From the NCBI RefSeq assembly GCF_000023965.1, contig NC_013202.1, positions 2,040,001-2,072,000 of the forward strand: 32,000 nucleotides of DNA. Direction: 5' to 3'. Shown one piece after another: positions 1 to 7,446 of the stretch. The position numbers were made by a program, and so were the translations under genes. The notes below the pieces were generated by a model. It saw nothing but the letters and a program-made list of their open reading frames with translations. It was not told the origin of the DNA and made no database searches. This DNA is from Halomicrobium mukohataei DSM 12286. Its GTDB lineage: Archaea > Halobacteriota > Halobacteria > Halobacteriales > Haloarculaceae. Position 1 is the first letter of the stretch. Each line of letters opens with the position of its first letter.

Positions 1-9
1 TACGGGCGT

Positions 10-39
10 GGCGTCGAAAAAAGCGCGGCGAAAGCGCAG
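10..39 (-). terminator. oligo-T terminator candidate downstream of rps3ae
   Basis: On the minus strand the stop at 40-42 is followed by GCGC-TTTCGCC-GCGC (short hairpin) and a T6 run (plus-strand A6 at 17-22). Archaeal termination commonly uses oligo-T tracts. Confidence 0.45.
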
Positions 40-660
40 TTACTCCTCGACGTCGACCGTGGTCTCTTCTTCGGCTGCGACTTCCTCGGGACGGGCTTCC
101 ATCGTGGTCTTCTGGATCTCGACCCGGCGAAGCGGGTAGATGTCCTTGCACTCGCTGTACAGTGCAGAGGAGAGCCGCCCCTCGACGATGGAGTCGACGA
201 GCTGCTCGAAGCTGCGGTCCTCGGCAGTCTCCTCGACGATGTCGATCATCTGTCGACGGATCGCCTTCTCCTGGGAGGCGTCGGCCTTCTTGGTCGTCAG
301 CGCGACCGGCTGGATCTGGACGCGGTAGTCGTCCGTCGTCAGCACGGTGATGAAGGCCTCGACCTTCGAGGAGCCTCGGCGGACGAGCGACCGCAGGTAG
401 TCGCGGGTCAGCTCGTGCTTGATGAACTCCGTGTACGCGGAGTCGGAGGCGACCTCGTTGATCTTGAAGGTCAGCTTCGTGTTGTTCTCGCTGGCGTCGT
501 CTTTCAGATCGCCAAGCGTTGTCTGGATGGTGCGTCCGAGCACCTTCTCTGCCTCGTCTGCCGTGGTCTCACCGAGTTCCTCCCGGTCGAACTGCTCGGG
601 AGCGAGCACGGTGTACCACCGCTTTTCTTGCTTCTGTCGGGATACGGATCGTTCGCTCAT
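40..660 (-). CDS. rps3ae: 30S ribosomal protein S3Ae (eS1)
   Basis: ORF 40..1026 trimmed to the internal ATG at 660 (MSERSVSRQKQEKRWYTVLAPEQFDREELGETTADE...), 206 aa with an acidic tail. I recognise it as the eS1/S3Ae family. The upstream part of the ORF is Arg/Pro-rich junk. The ATG overlaps the stop of the preceding gene (ATGA). Confidence 0.9.
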   Translation of the reverse strand: MSERSVSRQKQEKRWYTVLAPEQFDREELGETTADEAEKVLGRTIQTTLGDLKDDASENNTKLTFKINEVASDSAYTEFIKHELTRDYLRSLVRRGSSKVEAFITVLTTDDYRVQIQPVALTTKKADASQEKAIRRQMIDIVEETAEDRSFEQLVDSIVEGRLSSALYSECKDIYPLRRVEIQKTTMEARPEEVAAEEETTVDVEE

Positions 661-893
661 GATGTGTGTGTTGTGTGTTGGTCGGCAAGCTGTGCTGCGA
701 CGCGGAGGTTGACGACGTAGTCGTCGACTGTCGAGTGGAGTCCGCCGGTCGTCTCGCGGTCGATCGTCGTCACGATCTCGTCGCCGTCGACGCGCGTGTC
801 CATCTCGTCGGTGTTGTCCGGGCGGAGCGCGCTGGCGATCCGCTCGGCCGTGGCGTCGTCGCCGTGGGCCGTCCGGATCGTCGCTTCTCTCAT
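657..893 (-). CDS. pcc1: KEOPS complex subunit Pcc1-like protein
   Basis: 78-aa acidic ORF (MREATIRTAHGDDATAERIASALRPDNTDEMDTRVDGDEIVTTIDRETTGGLHSTVDDYVVNLRVA). Size and pattern match archaeal Pcc1 as I recall it. ATGA overlaps with both neighbours. Named from memory, not from a search. Confidence 0.6.
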   Translation of the reverse strand: MREATIRTAHGDDATAERIASALRPDNTDEMDTRVDGDEIVTTIDRETTGGLHSTVDDYVVNLRVAAQLADQHTTHTS

Positions 894-1990
894 AGTGCCT
901 CCCGGACCTGCTCGACGAGGTCGTCGGCGTCGCCCTCGAACCGCGCGTTCGTGCGGGTCGCCGTTCCGCCGACGGCGGTCGTCGCGGCGTCGAGCGCGGG
1001 CGCGACGGATCGGTCGTCGGTCCCACGAACCGCGGCCCTGTTGCCAGCGACGACCAGCGTCACCGGCTCGGGCGAGCGAAACCGCGCGACGAGTCTGGCG
1101 ACCGTCTCGACGGGCATCGCGTCGCCACGGACGACGAACAGGCCGTCGTACCGCTGGGTCGACGCGGTCCGGATTCCGGTATGGGCCCGACTCGCGTGCG
1201 TGCGCCAGACGTCGAGTGCCTGCTCGCGCACGCCGTCGTGGCCGAGCGCGAGCGCGACGCCGAGACCGGGCCGTTCGCGTGCGACGGCATCCAGCACGTC
1301 GCCGTAGCCGCCGATCGTCTCGAACGGGCCGCCGACGTAGGGGTGCAGCGCCCGCTCGATCGCCTCGGTGGCTCGATCGGTGGCGGTCTCGTCGCCCGCG
1401 ATCGCCAGCGCGACCAGCGAGGCGACGCGACGGTGTCGGTCCGTGTCGTCGTCGGAGCCCAGCGCCTCGATCGCGTCCTCGACGGCCGCGCGCTCGCCCG
1501 AAAAGGGCGCGTGCAACAGCGTCGAGTGTGCGAGCCCGTCGACGTACTCGCTCACCGGGACGGCGACGCCGGGGCGGCGCTCGAACCCGGCGGCTTCGGC
1601 CAGCGTGGCCTCGCCGGAGTCGCCGTCGGCGACGGTCGCCCCGGCCAGCGCGAGCGCCAGATCGGGCTCGGTGCCAAGCGCCCGCACCGTCTCGACGGCC
1701 GCGGTGCTCAGTGGCTCGTCCGCGAGTGTCGCGGTCGCGTCGACGCCTTCGGCACCGACGCTGACCGTGACGTCGGCGTCCGTCGTCCGGGCTCCCGCCT
1801 CGCCCGTTCGCGCGACCGACGCCTGGAATGGCGTCTCGCGCGCCGTGAGAGCGCGTGCGAGGAGTCCCGTGGCTGCCAGCCCGTCCCCGTCGGCGCGCGC
1901 GACGAGCCGAACGAAGTCGGCCCCGTCGAGCGTGCCGGCGAGGTCACTGGGCGGCGTGGCGGACGCCTGATCGCGACCGGCTGTGGACAT
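890..1990 (-). CDS. RecJ-like DHH-family protein, possibly non-catalytic
   Basis: 366-aa ORF with a DHH-like N-terminal motif (VARADGDGLAATGLLARAL) but no obvious DHH histidines. It sits between rps15 and pcc1, as I recall for haloarchaeal RecJ-like paralogues. Overlaps or abuts both neighbours. Confidence 0.55.
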   Translation of the reverse strand: MSTAGRDQASATPPSDLAGTLDGADFVRLVARADGDGLAATGLLARALTARETPFQASVARTGEAGARTTDADVTVSVGAEGVDATATLADEPLSTAAVETVRALGTEPDLALALAGATVADGDSGEATLAEAAGFERRPGVAVPVSEYVDGLAHSTLLHAPFSGERAAVEDAIEALGSDDDTDRHRRVASLVALAIAGDETATDRATEAIERALHPYVGGPFETIGGYGDVLDAVARERPGLGVALALGHDGVREQALDVWRTHASRAHTGIRTASTQRYDGLFVVRGDAMPVETVARLVARFRSPEPVTLVVAGNRAAVRGTDDRSVAPALDAATTAVGGTATRTNARFEGDADDLVEQVREAL

Positions 1991-1993
1991 CGA

Positions 1994-2458
1994 TTACTCG
2001 ATCAGTTGCTTCGCTCGCTCGTAGCTGTAGGTGAAGTCCGCGTCGATCTCGTCGCCGCGGTAGTAGTCGACGAGGCGGCGGATCTTCGACTGGTTGTTCT
2101 GGAGCGCGCGCTTGTTCTGGTGGTCGCCCGGGTTCTCGTCCATGTGCTCTCGCAGGCGGACGGCCTTCTTCATCAGGTTCCGGAGGTCTTCGGGCAGTTC
2201 GGCGGTCGCGTCGTTCTCTTCGAGGATCTCGGTGACCTTCTTGCCCGTCGCGAGCGAGACGTCCGGGATCGGCGTCCCCTGGACACCCTCGTCGCGGAGC
2301 TTGAGGCCGATCTCGCTGGGCGAGTGGCCCTGCTCTGCGAGCTCGACGACTCGCTCCTCGATCGCGTCTTCGTCTACGTCGCTCCACTCCGGCGGTTCGT
2401 CTGCCACGGGCTTGTCCGAGTCGGACGAGCCGCGGCGTCGTGTGTGCATTCGTGCCAT
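1994..2458 (-). CDS. rps15: 30S ribosomal protein S15 (uS15)
   Basis: ORF 1994..2608 trimmed to the ATG at 2458 (MARMHTRRRGSSDSDKPVADEPPEW...HQNKRALQNNQSKIRRLVDYYRGDEI), 154 aa. Recognisable archaeal S15/S13e pattern. Confidence 0.9.
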   Translation of the reverse strand: MARMHTRRRGSSDSDKPVADEPPEWSDVDEDAIEERVVELAEQGHSPSEIGLKLRDEGVQGTPIPDVSLATGKKVTEILEENDATAELPEDLRNLMKKAVRLREHMDENPGDHQNKRALQNNQSKIRRLVDYYRGDEIDADFTYSYERAKQLIE

Positions 2459-2620
2459 TGTTAGGTTGGAACGGCACAGACCGCTACGTGCTACTCGCAG
2501 CGCGAGCGTGTGGTGTCGAAACACCGGACACGGCCGCAATCTCGAAGCCACGCAACCGCGTGGCGGGTCAGATTTGCGGTCGTGCTGTTCCCGACGTACT
2601 CTCCCCACTCGGCGCGTAAA

Positions 2621-2738
2621 ACCGTTTCTACTGCGGCCGGTGACTGTCGGTGAACGGTGACCGGCCGGCCCGACCGACTTTTCCTCTCGAATATCACCGG
2701 CGATAACCGTTTGAACGGTCCTAAACGGTTCGAACGGT
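2621..2738. repeat. cluster of six AACGGT/ACCGTT hexamers in the rps15 / F1 divergent intergenic region
   Basis: AACGGT at 2653, 2714, 2724 and 2733. ACCGTT at 2621 and 2706. 2706-2719 forms ACCGTT-TG-AACGGT (inverted arms). The last three direct copies are spaced 10 and 9 nt apart. Confidence 0.6.
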
Positions 2739-2746
2739 CGCGCGCC

Positions 2747-2752
2747 TTATTC
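2747..2752 (+). promoter_or_regulatory. TATA-like box (TTATTC) for a leaderless F1 transcript
   Basis: Lies 24-29 nt upstream of the ATG at 2776. AT-rich hexamers sit at about the same distance before the starts at 22762, 22861, 23865 and 27164. Confidence 0.45.
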
Positions 2753-2775
2753 CCCTCAGTCGCGTCCGTGACGGT

Positions 2776-4518
2776 ATGTACCGGGGCCTCGGCCGGCGCG
2801 GGCAGTCGTCGCCGATCGCCGTGATCCTCCTCGTCTCGATGGTCGTCGCCGGCTCGCTGGCCGTCGTGACGCTGGGTGCCCAGTCGCTGTCTGACACCCG
2901 AGAGACGATGGACGTCGAGCGCGCCGAGAAGGGCCTGACACAACTGGACTCGAACGTCGCGATGGTCGCGCTGGGGAGTGCCGGCGGACAGGAGCTCTCG
3001 CTGTCGAGGACGGACGGGGCCGCCTATCGGCTCCGGGACGACGCGGGGCGGATGACCGTCGCGGTGACGAACACGTCCAACGACTCCACGAAGACGGTGA
3101 TGAACGCGACGCTCGGCTCGATCGCCTACGAGAACGACGGCCGCTCGGTCGCGTACCAGGGCGGCGGCGTCTGGAAGACGGACGGCGACGGCGGCTCGCT
3201 GATGGTCTCGCCGCCGGAGTTTCACTACCGGGACGCGACGCTGACGCTCCCGCTGGTGACCGTCTCCGGCGACGAGTCGCTCGACGGCCGGATCGCGGTT
3301 CGGCCGGGCGGTCGCTCGACGCAGCACTTTCCGAACGCCTCGGCCGACGAACAGTGGGTGAACCCGCTCGACGGCGGCCGCGTCAACGTGACCGTCAGGA
3401 GTGAGTACTACCGGGCGTGGGGCCGATTCTTCGAAGAGCGTACGGACGGCGAGGCCACGCTCGATCACGCGAACGAGACGGCGACGGTGACACTCGTCGT
3501 CCCGGCCGGGCCACAGACCGTCACGAACGCCGTCGCGGCCACGTCAGCGGGCGGCGAGATCGTACTGGCCGGAAGCGGCGATCAGACCCGGACCGACAGC
3601 TACAACTCCTCGAAAGGGACCGGGCTGTACGCCGACACGAAGACGCACAACGGGTCGATCCGGACGGCCGGCGACGTGACGGTCAAGGGCAACAGCCAGG
3701 TCAACGGCTCGCTGGCGTCGGGAGGCAAGGTGACCGTCAAAGGGAGCGGTGTGGTGACCCGAGACGCCGGTTACACCGACGACATCAAGGTCACCGGCAG
3801 CGGCGGTGTCGACGGCTCGATCGAACAGCTCTCGGGCGTCGACGGGATCGGTCCGATCGACGCCGTCGTCGATCGACGGTACGAGAACGCGACCGGGGAC
3901 AACGACAACGGCGACACGAGCGCGATCACGGGGACGACGCTGAGCGACGGCGACCAGACGCTCTCGGCCGGCGAGTACCACCTCGATCGGCTCGTTCTCG
4001 ACGGCGAGACGCTGACGCTGGACACCGGGACCGGCGGGACGATCAGTCTCGCGGTCCGTGACTACGTCCAGCTGAAGAACGACGGCCGAATCCACGTCGT
4101 CGGAAACGGGACGGTCCGCCTGTACGTCGACGGACAGGCGACGACGGCGTCGAACCACCACTTCTCGATCGAGGGAAGCGGCGGCCAGATCGACATCGAC
4201 GAGGGGCAGAACGCCTCCCAGTTCTGGCTCTACGGCCGCGAGGACTTCCAGGGACGGATCGACGGGACCTCCAGTGACACCCATCTGTTCGAGGGCGTCG
4301 TCTTCGCACCCGGCGGCACGCTCGGCAGTAGCTCGTTCACGGTCGAGAAAGGGAGCCTCTACGGCGGTGTCGTCACCGGGAGCGTCACGATGGACAACGG
4401 CGGACAGGTCCACTACGACCGGTCGCTGAAGCGGGTCAACGCCGTCCCGCCGGCCGAGAACATCGTCCGACTGACCTACCTCCACGTCTCGGAGATCGAG
4501 ATCGAAGCTCGCGACTGA
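2776..4518 (+). CDS. F1: class III signal peptide (type IV pilin-like) protein with C-terminal beta-helix-like repeat domain
   Basis: - 580 aa; N-terminus MYRGLGRRG|QSSPIAVILLVSMVVAGSLAVV.
- The next ~200 aa resemble E1, E2 and F2 (SIAYENDGRSVAYQGGGVWK...SPPEF).
- Middle: G/V/T-rich short repeats (GDVTVKGNSQVNGSLASGGKVTVKGSGVV) reminiscent of bactofilin or polymer-forming beta-helix repeats.
- The C-terminal region (GTVRLYVDG...FEGVVFAPGG...GGVVTG) is reminiscent of large bacterial Tad/T4P-associated pilin-like proteins. Confidence 0.8.
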   Translation: MYRGLGRRGQSSPIAVILLVSMVVAGSLAVVTLGAQSLSDTRETMDVERAEKGLTQLDSNVAMVALGSAGGQELSLSRTDGAAYRLRDDAGRMTVAVTNTSNDSTKTVMNATLGSIAYENDGRSVAYQGGGVWKTDGDGGSLMVSPPEFHYRDATLTLPLVTVSGDESLDGRIAVRPGGRSTQHFPNASADEQWVNPLDGGRVNVTVRSEYYRAWGRFFEERTDGEATLDHANETATVTLVVPAGPQTVTNAVAATSAGGEIVLAGSGDQTRTDSYNSSKGTGLYADTKTHNGSIRTAGDVTVKGNSQVNGSLASGGKVTVKGSGVVTRDAGYTDDIKVTGSGGVDGSIEQLSGVDGIGPIDAVVDRRYENATGDNDNGDTSAITGTTLSDGDQTLSAGEYHLDRLVLDGETLTLDTGTGGTISLAVRDYVQLKNDGRIHVVGNGTVRLYVDGQATTASNHHFSIEGSGGQIDIDEGQNASQFWLYGREDFQGRIDGTSSDTHLFEGVVFAPGGTLGSSSFTVEKGSLYGGVVTGSVTMDNGGQVHYDRSLKRVNAVPPAENIVRLTYLHVSEIEIEARD

Positions 4519-4519
4519 C

Positions 4520-4531
4520 ACTGTCGGCTGT
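4520..4531 (+). repeat. post-stop motif ACTGTCGGCTGT, copy 1 (1 nt after the F1 stop)
   Basis: Exact 12-mer. See copies at 4581-4592, 7434-7445 and 12946-12957. Confidence 0.7.
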
Positions 4532-4580
4532 ACCTTCGTGACGATATTCGCCGCCCGGGGTGGCGACATCGGTCACGCAC

Positions 4581-4592
4581 ACAGCCGACAGT
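4581..4592 (-). repeat. post-stop motif ACTGTCGGCTGT, copy 2 (15 nt after the E1 stop, minus strand)
   Basis: Exact 12-mer on the minus strand. On that strand it is followed after 29 nt by GCGAATATCGT (plus coordinates 4541-4551). Confidence 0.7.
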
Positions 4593-4607
4593 GGGACTCC
4601 TCGGCCG

Positions 4608-5360
4608 TCACAGCTCGATCGTCAGATCGATCTCGTGGACGGGAACGTACAGTCGATCCGGCGACGCCCCCGGCTCCAGGTAGCACGTCACGCTGGCCGC
4701 GTCCGGATCGGGCGCACACTCCGAGAGAGCTGTCTGCTCGAAGGCTCGCTGCCAGAGCTCCCACCGCGGCGACGTGACGGTCACGCTGACGTTCTCGAAC
4801 TGTCCACCGGAGACGGCGACGGCCGAGGACTGCTGGTTCGCGCGTACCAGGACGGTCGACCCGCCGACGCTCCGGACGCGCTCGGTCCGCGTCTGGACGA
4901 TCGGGACGAGCACACGGCCGTCTCGGGCCACCAGCGGCGGTTCGACGGTGTGAAATCCGCCATCACGGGAGACCTGAAACACCGCGCCACCCTCGTAGAC
5001 GAGCCGTTGCGCTCCGTCGCTCTCGTAGACGATCGGCCTGACCGATCGCTCGACGCTCTCGTTCCCGTCGGCGGTGTCGCGGTCGATTGCGGTCACGTTG
5101 ATCGTCACGTTCTCGCCCGTGTACAACTGTGCGCTGCCGAGGCTGACCTCGGTCGCTCGGCTCGGGGCCCCCCGCTGATGGATGTCGGCCATGTTGTCCG
5201 CCAGCACGTCGAAGGCCTGCTGTGCGTTGTTCGTCTGCTCGGCGTCCCGCACGTCCTGGAGCGTCCCCAGTCCGCTGACCGAGATGATCGCGACCGAGGC
5301 GACGACCATTCCGAACACGAGGGCGAACCCGAGCACCTCACTGACCGCGCGATCAGTCAT
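4608..5360 (-). CDS. E1: class III signal peptide (pilin-like) protein, same fold family as the F N-terminal domain
   Basis: 250 aa; MTDRA|VSEVLGFALVFGMVVASVAIISV; PIVYESDGAQRLVYEGGAVFQVSRDGGFHTVEPPLV parallels F1 and F2. The ATG at 5360 overlaps the D1 stop. I recall this family being annotated as a haloarchaeal DUF (possibly DUF7289); unverified. Confidence 0.85.
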   Translation of the reverse strand: MTDRAVSEVLGFALVFGMVVASVAIISVSGLGTLQDVRDAEQTNNAQQAFDVLADNMADIHQRGAPSRATEVSLGSAQLYTGENVTINVTAIDRDTADGNESVERSVRPIVYESDGAQRLVYEGGAVFQVSRDGGFHTVEPPLVARDGRVLVPIVQTRTERVRSVGGSTVLVRANQQSSAVAVSGGQFENVSVTVTSPRWELWQRAFEQTALSECAPDPDAASVTCYLEPGASPDRLYVPVHEIDLTIEL

Positions 5361-5796
5361 TGCTCACCCCCAGGGCGCTGCCGTCGTAGCCGACGACGAC
5401 CGTTCCGCCGTCGGCCGACGAGTTGCTGAGTGCCGTCCTGTTCTGAACGCCCACCGTGACACGGACCTCGGGACTGCTCGACCGCAGGCGGATCGTCGGT
5501 GACGGCGTCGCCACGAGTTCGAGTCGGTAGGTCGTGCCCGTGATTCGGGCGGGGAACTGCTGTTCGATCCGCACCGTCGCACCGGCCGGATCGTCACTGG
5601 CTCTGACGAGCCTGTCCGCGCGTGCGACGTCCGCCGACACCTGCTGGCCGATCACCTGGAGTTCGGATCTGACGACCTGGCGCTGGCGGTCCTCGACGAA
5701 GCTGCCGGACGCGACGAGCAGCCCCGTCACCAGCATGGTCGCGATCGCGAGGCTGAGAACGTAGCTGAACGTCGAGGAGACGGCGCGATCGTTCAC
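5353..5796 (-). CDS. D1: small class III signal peptide (pilin-like) protein
   Basis: 147 aa; GTG start at 5796 forming GTGA with the C1 stop; MNDRA|VSSTFSYVLSLAIATMLVTGLLV. Paralogue of D2 (13693-14139). Confidence 0.8.
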   Translation of the reverse strand: MNDRAVSSTFSYVLSLAIATMLVTGLLVASGSFVEDRQRQVVRSELQVIGQQVSADVARADRLVRASDDPAGATVRIEQQFPARITGTTYRLELVATPSPTIRLRSSSPEVRVTVGVQNRTALSNSSADGGTVVVGYDGSALGVSND

Positions 5797-6788
5797 GGCG
5801 GCTCACCCGGCGCGACCCGGATCGTCGTCTCGTAGCGCAGCTTCGCCCCGTCGTAGCGGTACGTGACGTTCGCGGCGTAGATGGCGGGCGTCGCGTACGG
5901 ATCGTCTCCGGTCGACGACGACGGCAGGTTCCCGTTGCTGGTGGCGTCGTCGCCGACGACCAGCGAGTAGTTGCCGGTCACCTCGTCGCCCTCCTCGTAG
6001 GCGATCTCGTAGGGTTCCGACACGCCCTCGCCGAACGACAGCGCCGGACACGGTGCTCCGTCGACGAGCCCCGCCGTCAGATCGACGTGGAAGTAGTCGA
6101 CCCCGTCGTCGACCGCACAGACACCCTGCCGTCCGGCACCGTCCTCGACGCCGATCTTGTAGGTCCCGTCGGCGGTGTCGTGGGTGACGTTCATGATCCA
6201 GGTCGCGCCCGCGCCGTCCTCGATCCGCACACGGAACTGGTCGGCCGGGCCGCCGAAGTTGCCCGTCCGGTTGACGCCGCTCACGTTCATCCTGTAGGCA
6301 CGCGTCTCCGCGACGCCCTGGGCGACGCGCCAGTCGACACTCGTCGCGTTGCCTTCGCTCGCGTTTTCGAACGAGGAGCCGCCGGGGGCGTCGTCCCTGA
6401 CTCTGGTCCCGTTCTCGATGTCGGTCGGCCCCGCGACGCTGACCACCTTCCCGCCCGAGGCGTGATGCGCTCCCGACAGCGCCGAGAGCGTCCCGACGCT
6501 CTCGTCGAGGCTCGTCGCCAGCGTCGTCGTGTCGCTGGCGTTGTGCGTGTTCGCGTACTCGATCGCGTGGCCGGTCGACTGCTCGATCGACTGGCGCACC
6601 AGCAACGCGTCGTCGCTGCCAGCCGTTTCGCCGCGGCTGGCGAGGTTCTCCGTGAAGATCGCCGAGTTGACGACCAGCGCCAGCATGACGAACGTGACTG
6701 CCATCACGAAGGCCGCCACCAGAATGACCTGTGCGCGGTCGTCGCCCAGCGAGCGACAGCGGCGACGCAGGCGGCTCAGATCCGCCAC
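5793..6788 (-). CDS. C1: class III signal peptide (pilin-like) protein
   Basis: 331 aa; GTG start at 6788 overlapping the B1 end; ...LGDDRA|QVILVAAFVMAVTFVMLALVV. Collinear with C2. Shares a Cys pair 23-24 residues apart near the C-terminal third. Confidence 0.8.
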   Translation of the reverse strand: MADLSRLRRRCRSLGDDRAQVILVAAFVMAVTFVMLALVVNSAIFTENLASRGETAGSDDALLVRQSIEQSTGHAIEYANTHNASDTTTLATSLDESVGTLSALSGAHHASGGKVVSVAGPTDIENGTRVRDDAPGGSSFENASEGNATSVDWRVAQGVAETRAYRMNVSGVNRTGNFGGPADQFRVRIEDGAGATWIMNVTHDTADGTYKIGVEDGAGRQGVCAVDDGVDYFHVDLTAGLVDGAPCPALSFGEGVSEPYEIAYEEGDEVTGNYSLVVGDDATSNGNLPSSSTGDDPYATPAIYAANVTYRYDGAKLRYETTIRVAPGEPP

Positions 6789-7384
6789 GCGACCACCTCC
6801 ACGCGGACCACGTTGTACACCGAGGTGCCGACCTGCTGGACGGGATAGCGACTCGCCGAACCGACCGTCACCGACTCGTTCGCGGTCTCGTCCGGTCGCA
6901 TCAGCGGATCGTCCGGCTCGAGTGTCACGGTCCGTGAGGCCGACACCGCGTTGTCGCTCGGCCGACCCCGGTAGATCATCCGCCGGGTGGCGATTCCGCC
7001 GCTCGGCCTGCGGTACCGGAGGTAGACGTTGTAGGAGATACTGCGCTCGTCGAGCGTCCGTTCCAGGATCTGCCCGAAGGTCGTGTCCGGCGGCTCGTTC
7101 GTGTAGAACCCGATGTCGGGCGCGCCGTGGAACCGACCGTCGGTGTCGTTCCAGTAGCGGACGCTCGTCGAGAGCGCGCCCCGGTCGGCCGCCGTCGCGA
7201 GCACGCCCTGCGCGACCGAACGCTGCTGGTTCTCGATGTGCTGGCTCGAGGTGCTGGCCGACAGCGGCGTCACTGCCGTCATCTGCATCGCGAAGACGAC
7301 GCTGCTCAACAGCAGCAGCCCCGCGATCACCGCTTCGAGCGTGTGGGCCTGCCCGCGGTCAGGACTCGTACTGCCGGGTGTCAC
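6776..7384 (-). CDS. B1: class III signal peptide (pilin-like) protein (start uncertain: GTG 7384 or ATG 7453)
   Basis: - DRG|QAHTLEAVIAGLLLLSSVVFAM matches B2 (MERG|QAYTLEGTIGAIIVVIAVLIGL); ends ...VVRVEVVAWRI.
- The ORF can extend to the ATG at 7453 (overlapping the A1 stop).
- However, 7385-7446 carries the same noncoding-type element found after the E1 stop, and would encode a basic, non-halophilic peptide.
- I therefore prefer the GTG at 7384, giving a 202-aa product. Confidence 0.7.
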   Translation of the reverse strand: MTPGSTSPDRGQAHTLEAVIAGLLLLSSVVFAMQMTAVTPLSASTSSQHIENQQRSVAQGVLATAADRGALSTSVRYWNDTDGRFHGAPDIGFYTNEPPDTTFGQILERTLDERSISYNVYLRYRRPSGGIATRRMIYRGRPSDNAVSASRTVTLEPDDPLMRPDETANESVTVGSASRYPVQQVGTSVYNVVRVEVVAWRI

Positions 7385-7433
7385 TGTTTCACGATATTCG
7401 CGACCACGGGACCGCAATATTCTGTACAGACGT

Positions 7434-7445
7434 ACAGCCGGCAGT
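7434..7445 (-). repeat. post-stop motif ACTGCCGGCTGT, copy 3 (1 nt after the A1 stop, minus strand)
   Basis: Matches the motif at 11 of 12 positions (13 of 14 if the following AC is included). On the minus strand it is followed after 32 nt by GCGAATATCGT (plus coordinates 7391-7401), the same arrangement as after the E1 stop. Confidence 0.65.
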
Positions 7446-7446
7446 A

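Larger units (their letters stand above)
4519..4593. other. 75-nt extended inverted repeat (long imperfect hairpin) between the convergent genes F1 and E1
   Basis: CACTGTCGGCTGT (4519-4531) is the exact reverse complement of ACAGCCGACAGTG (4581-4593). Inner arms also pair: GTGACGAT with ATCG(G)TCAC, and TCGCC with GGCGA. Possible bidirectional terminator or RNA element. Confidence 0.5.

Noticed and set aside
40-1026. N-terminal extensions of the tracked ORFs for rps3ae (to 1026), rps15 (to 2608), pilC (to 19040), the BtpA-like gene (from 23778), acd (from 27137), the 22804 ORF and E2 (to 13717)
   Set aside because: The extensions are Arg/Pro-rich or overlap the upstream gene. Internal ATGs give proteins of the expected family length, with ATGA-type coupling or a TATA-like box at -24 to -29.
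796-1764. 322-aa plus-strand ORF, extremely Arg/Pro/Ala-rich (RRRRPRTARS...)
   Set aside because: It lies antisense to, or out of frame with, the RecJ-like and Pcc1-like genes. Its composition is typical of spurious ORFs in high-GC DNA and nothing like an acidic halophile protein.
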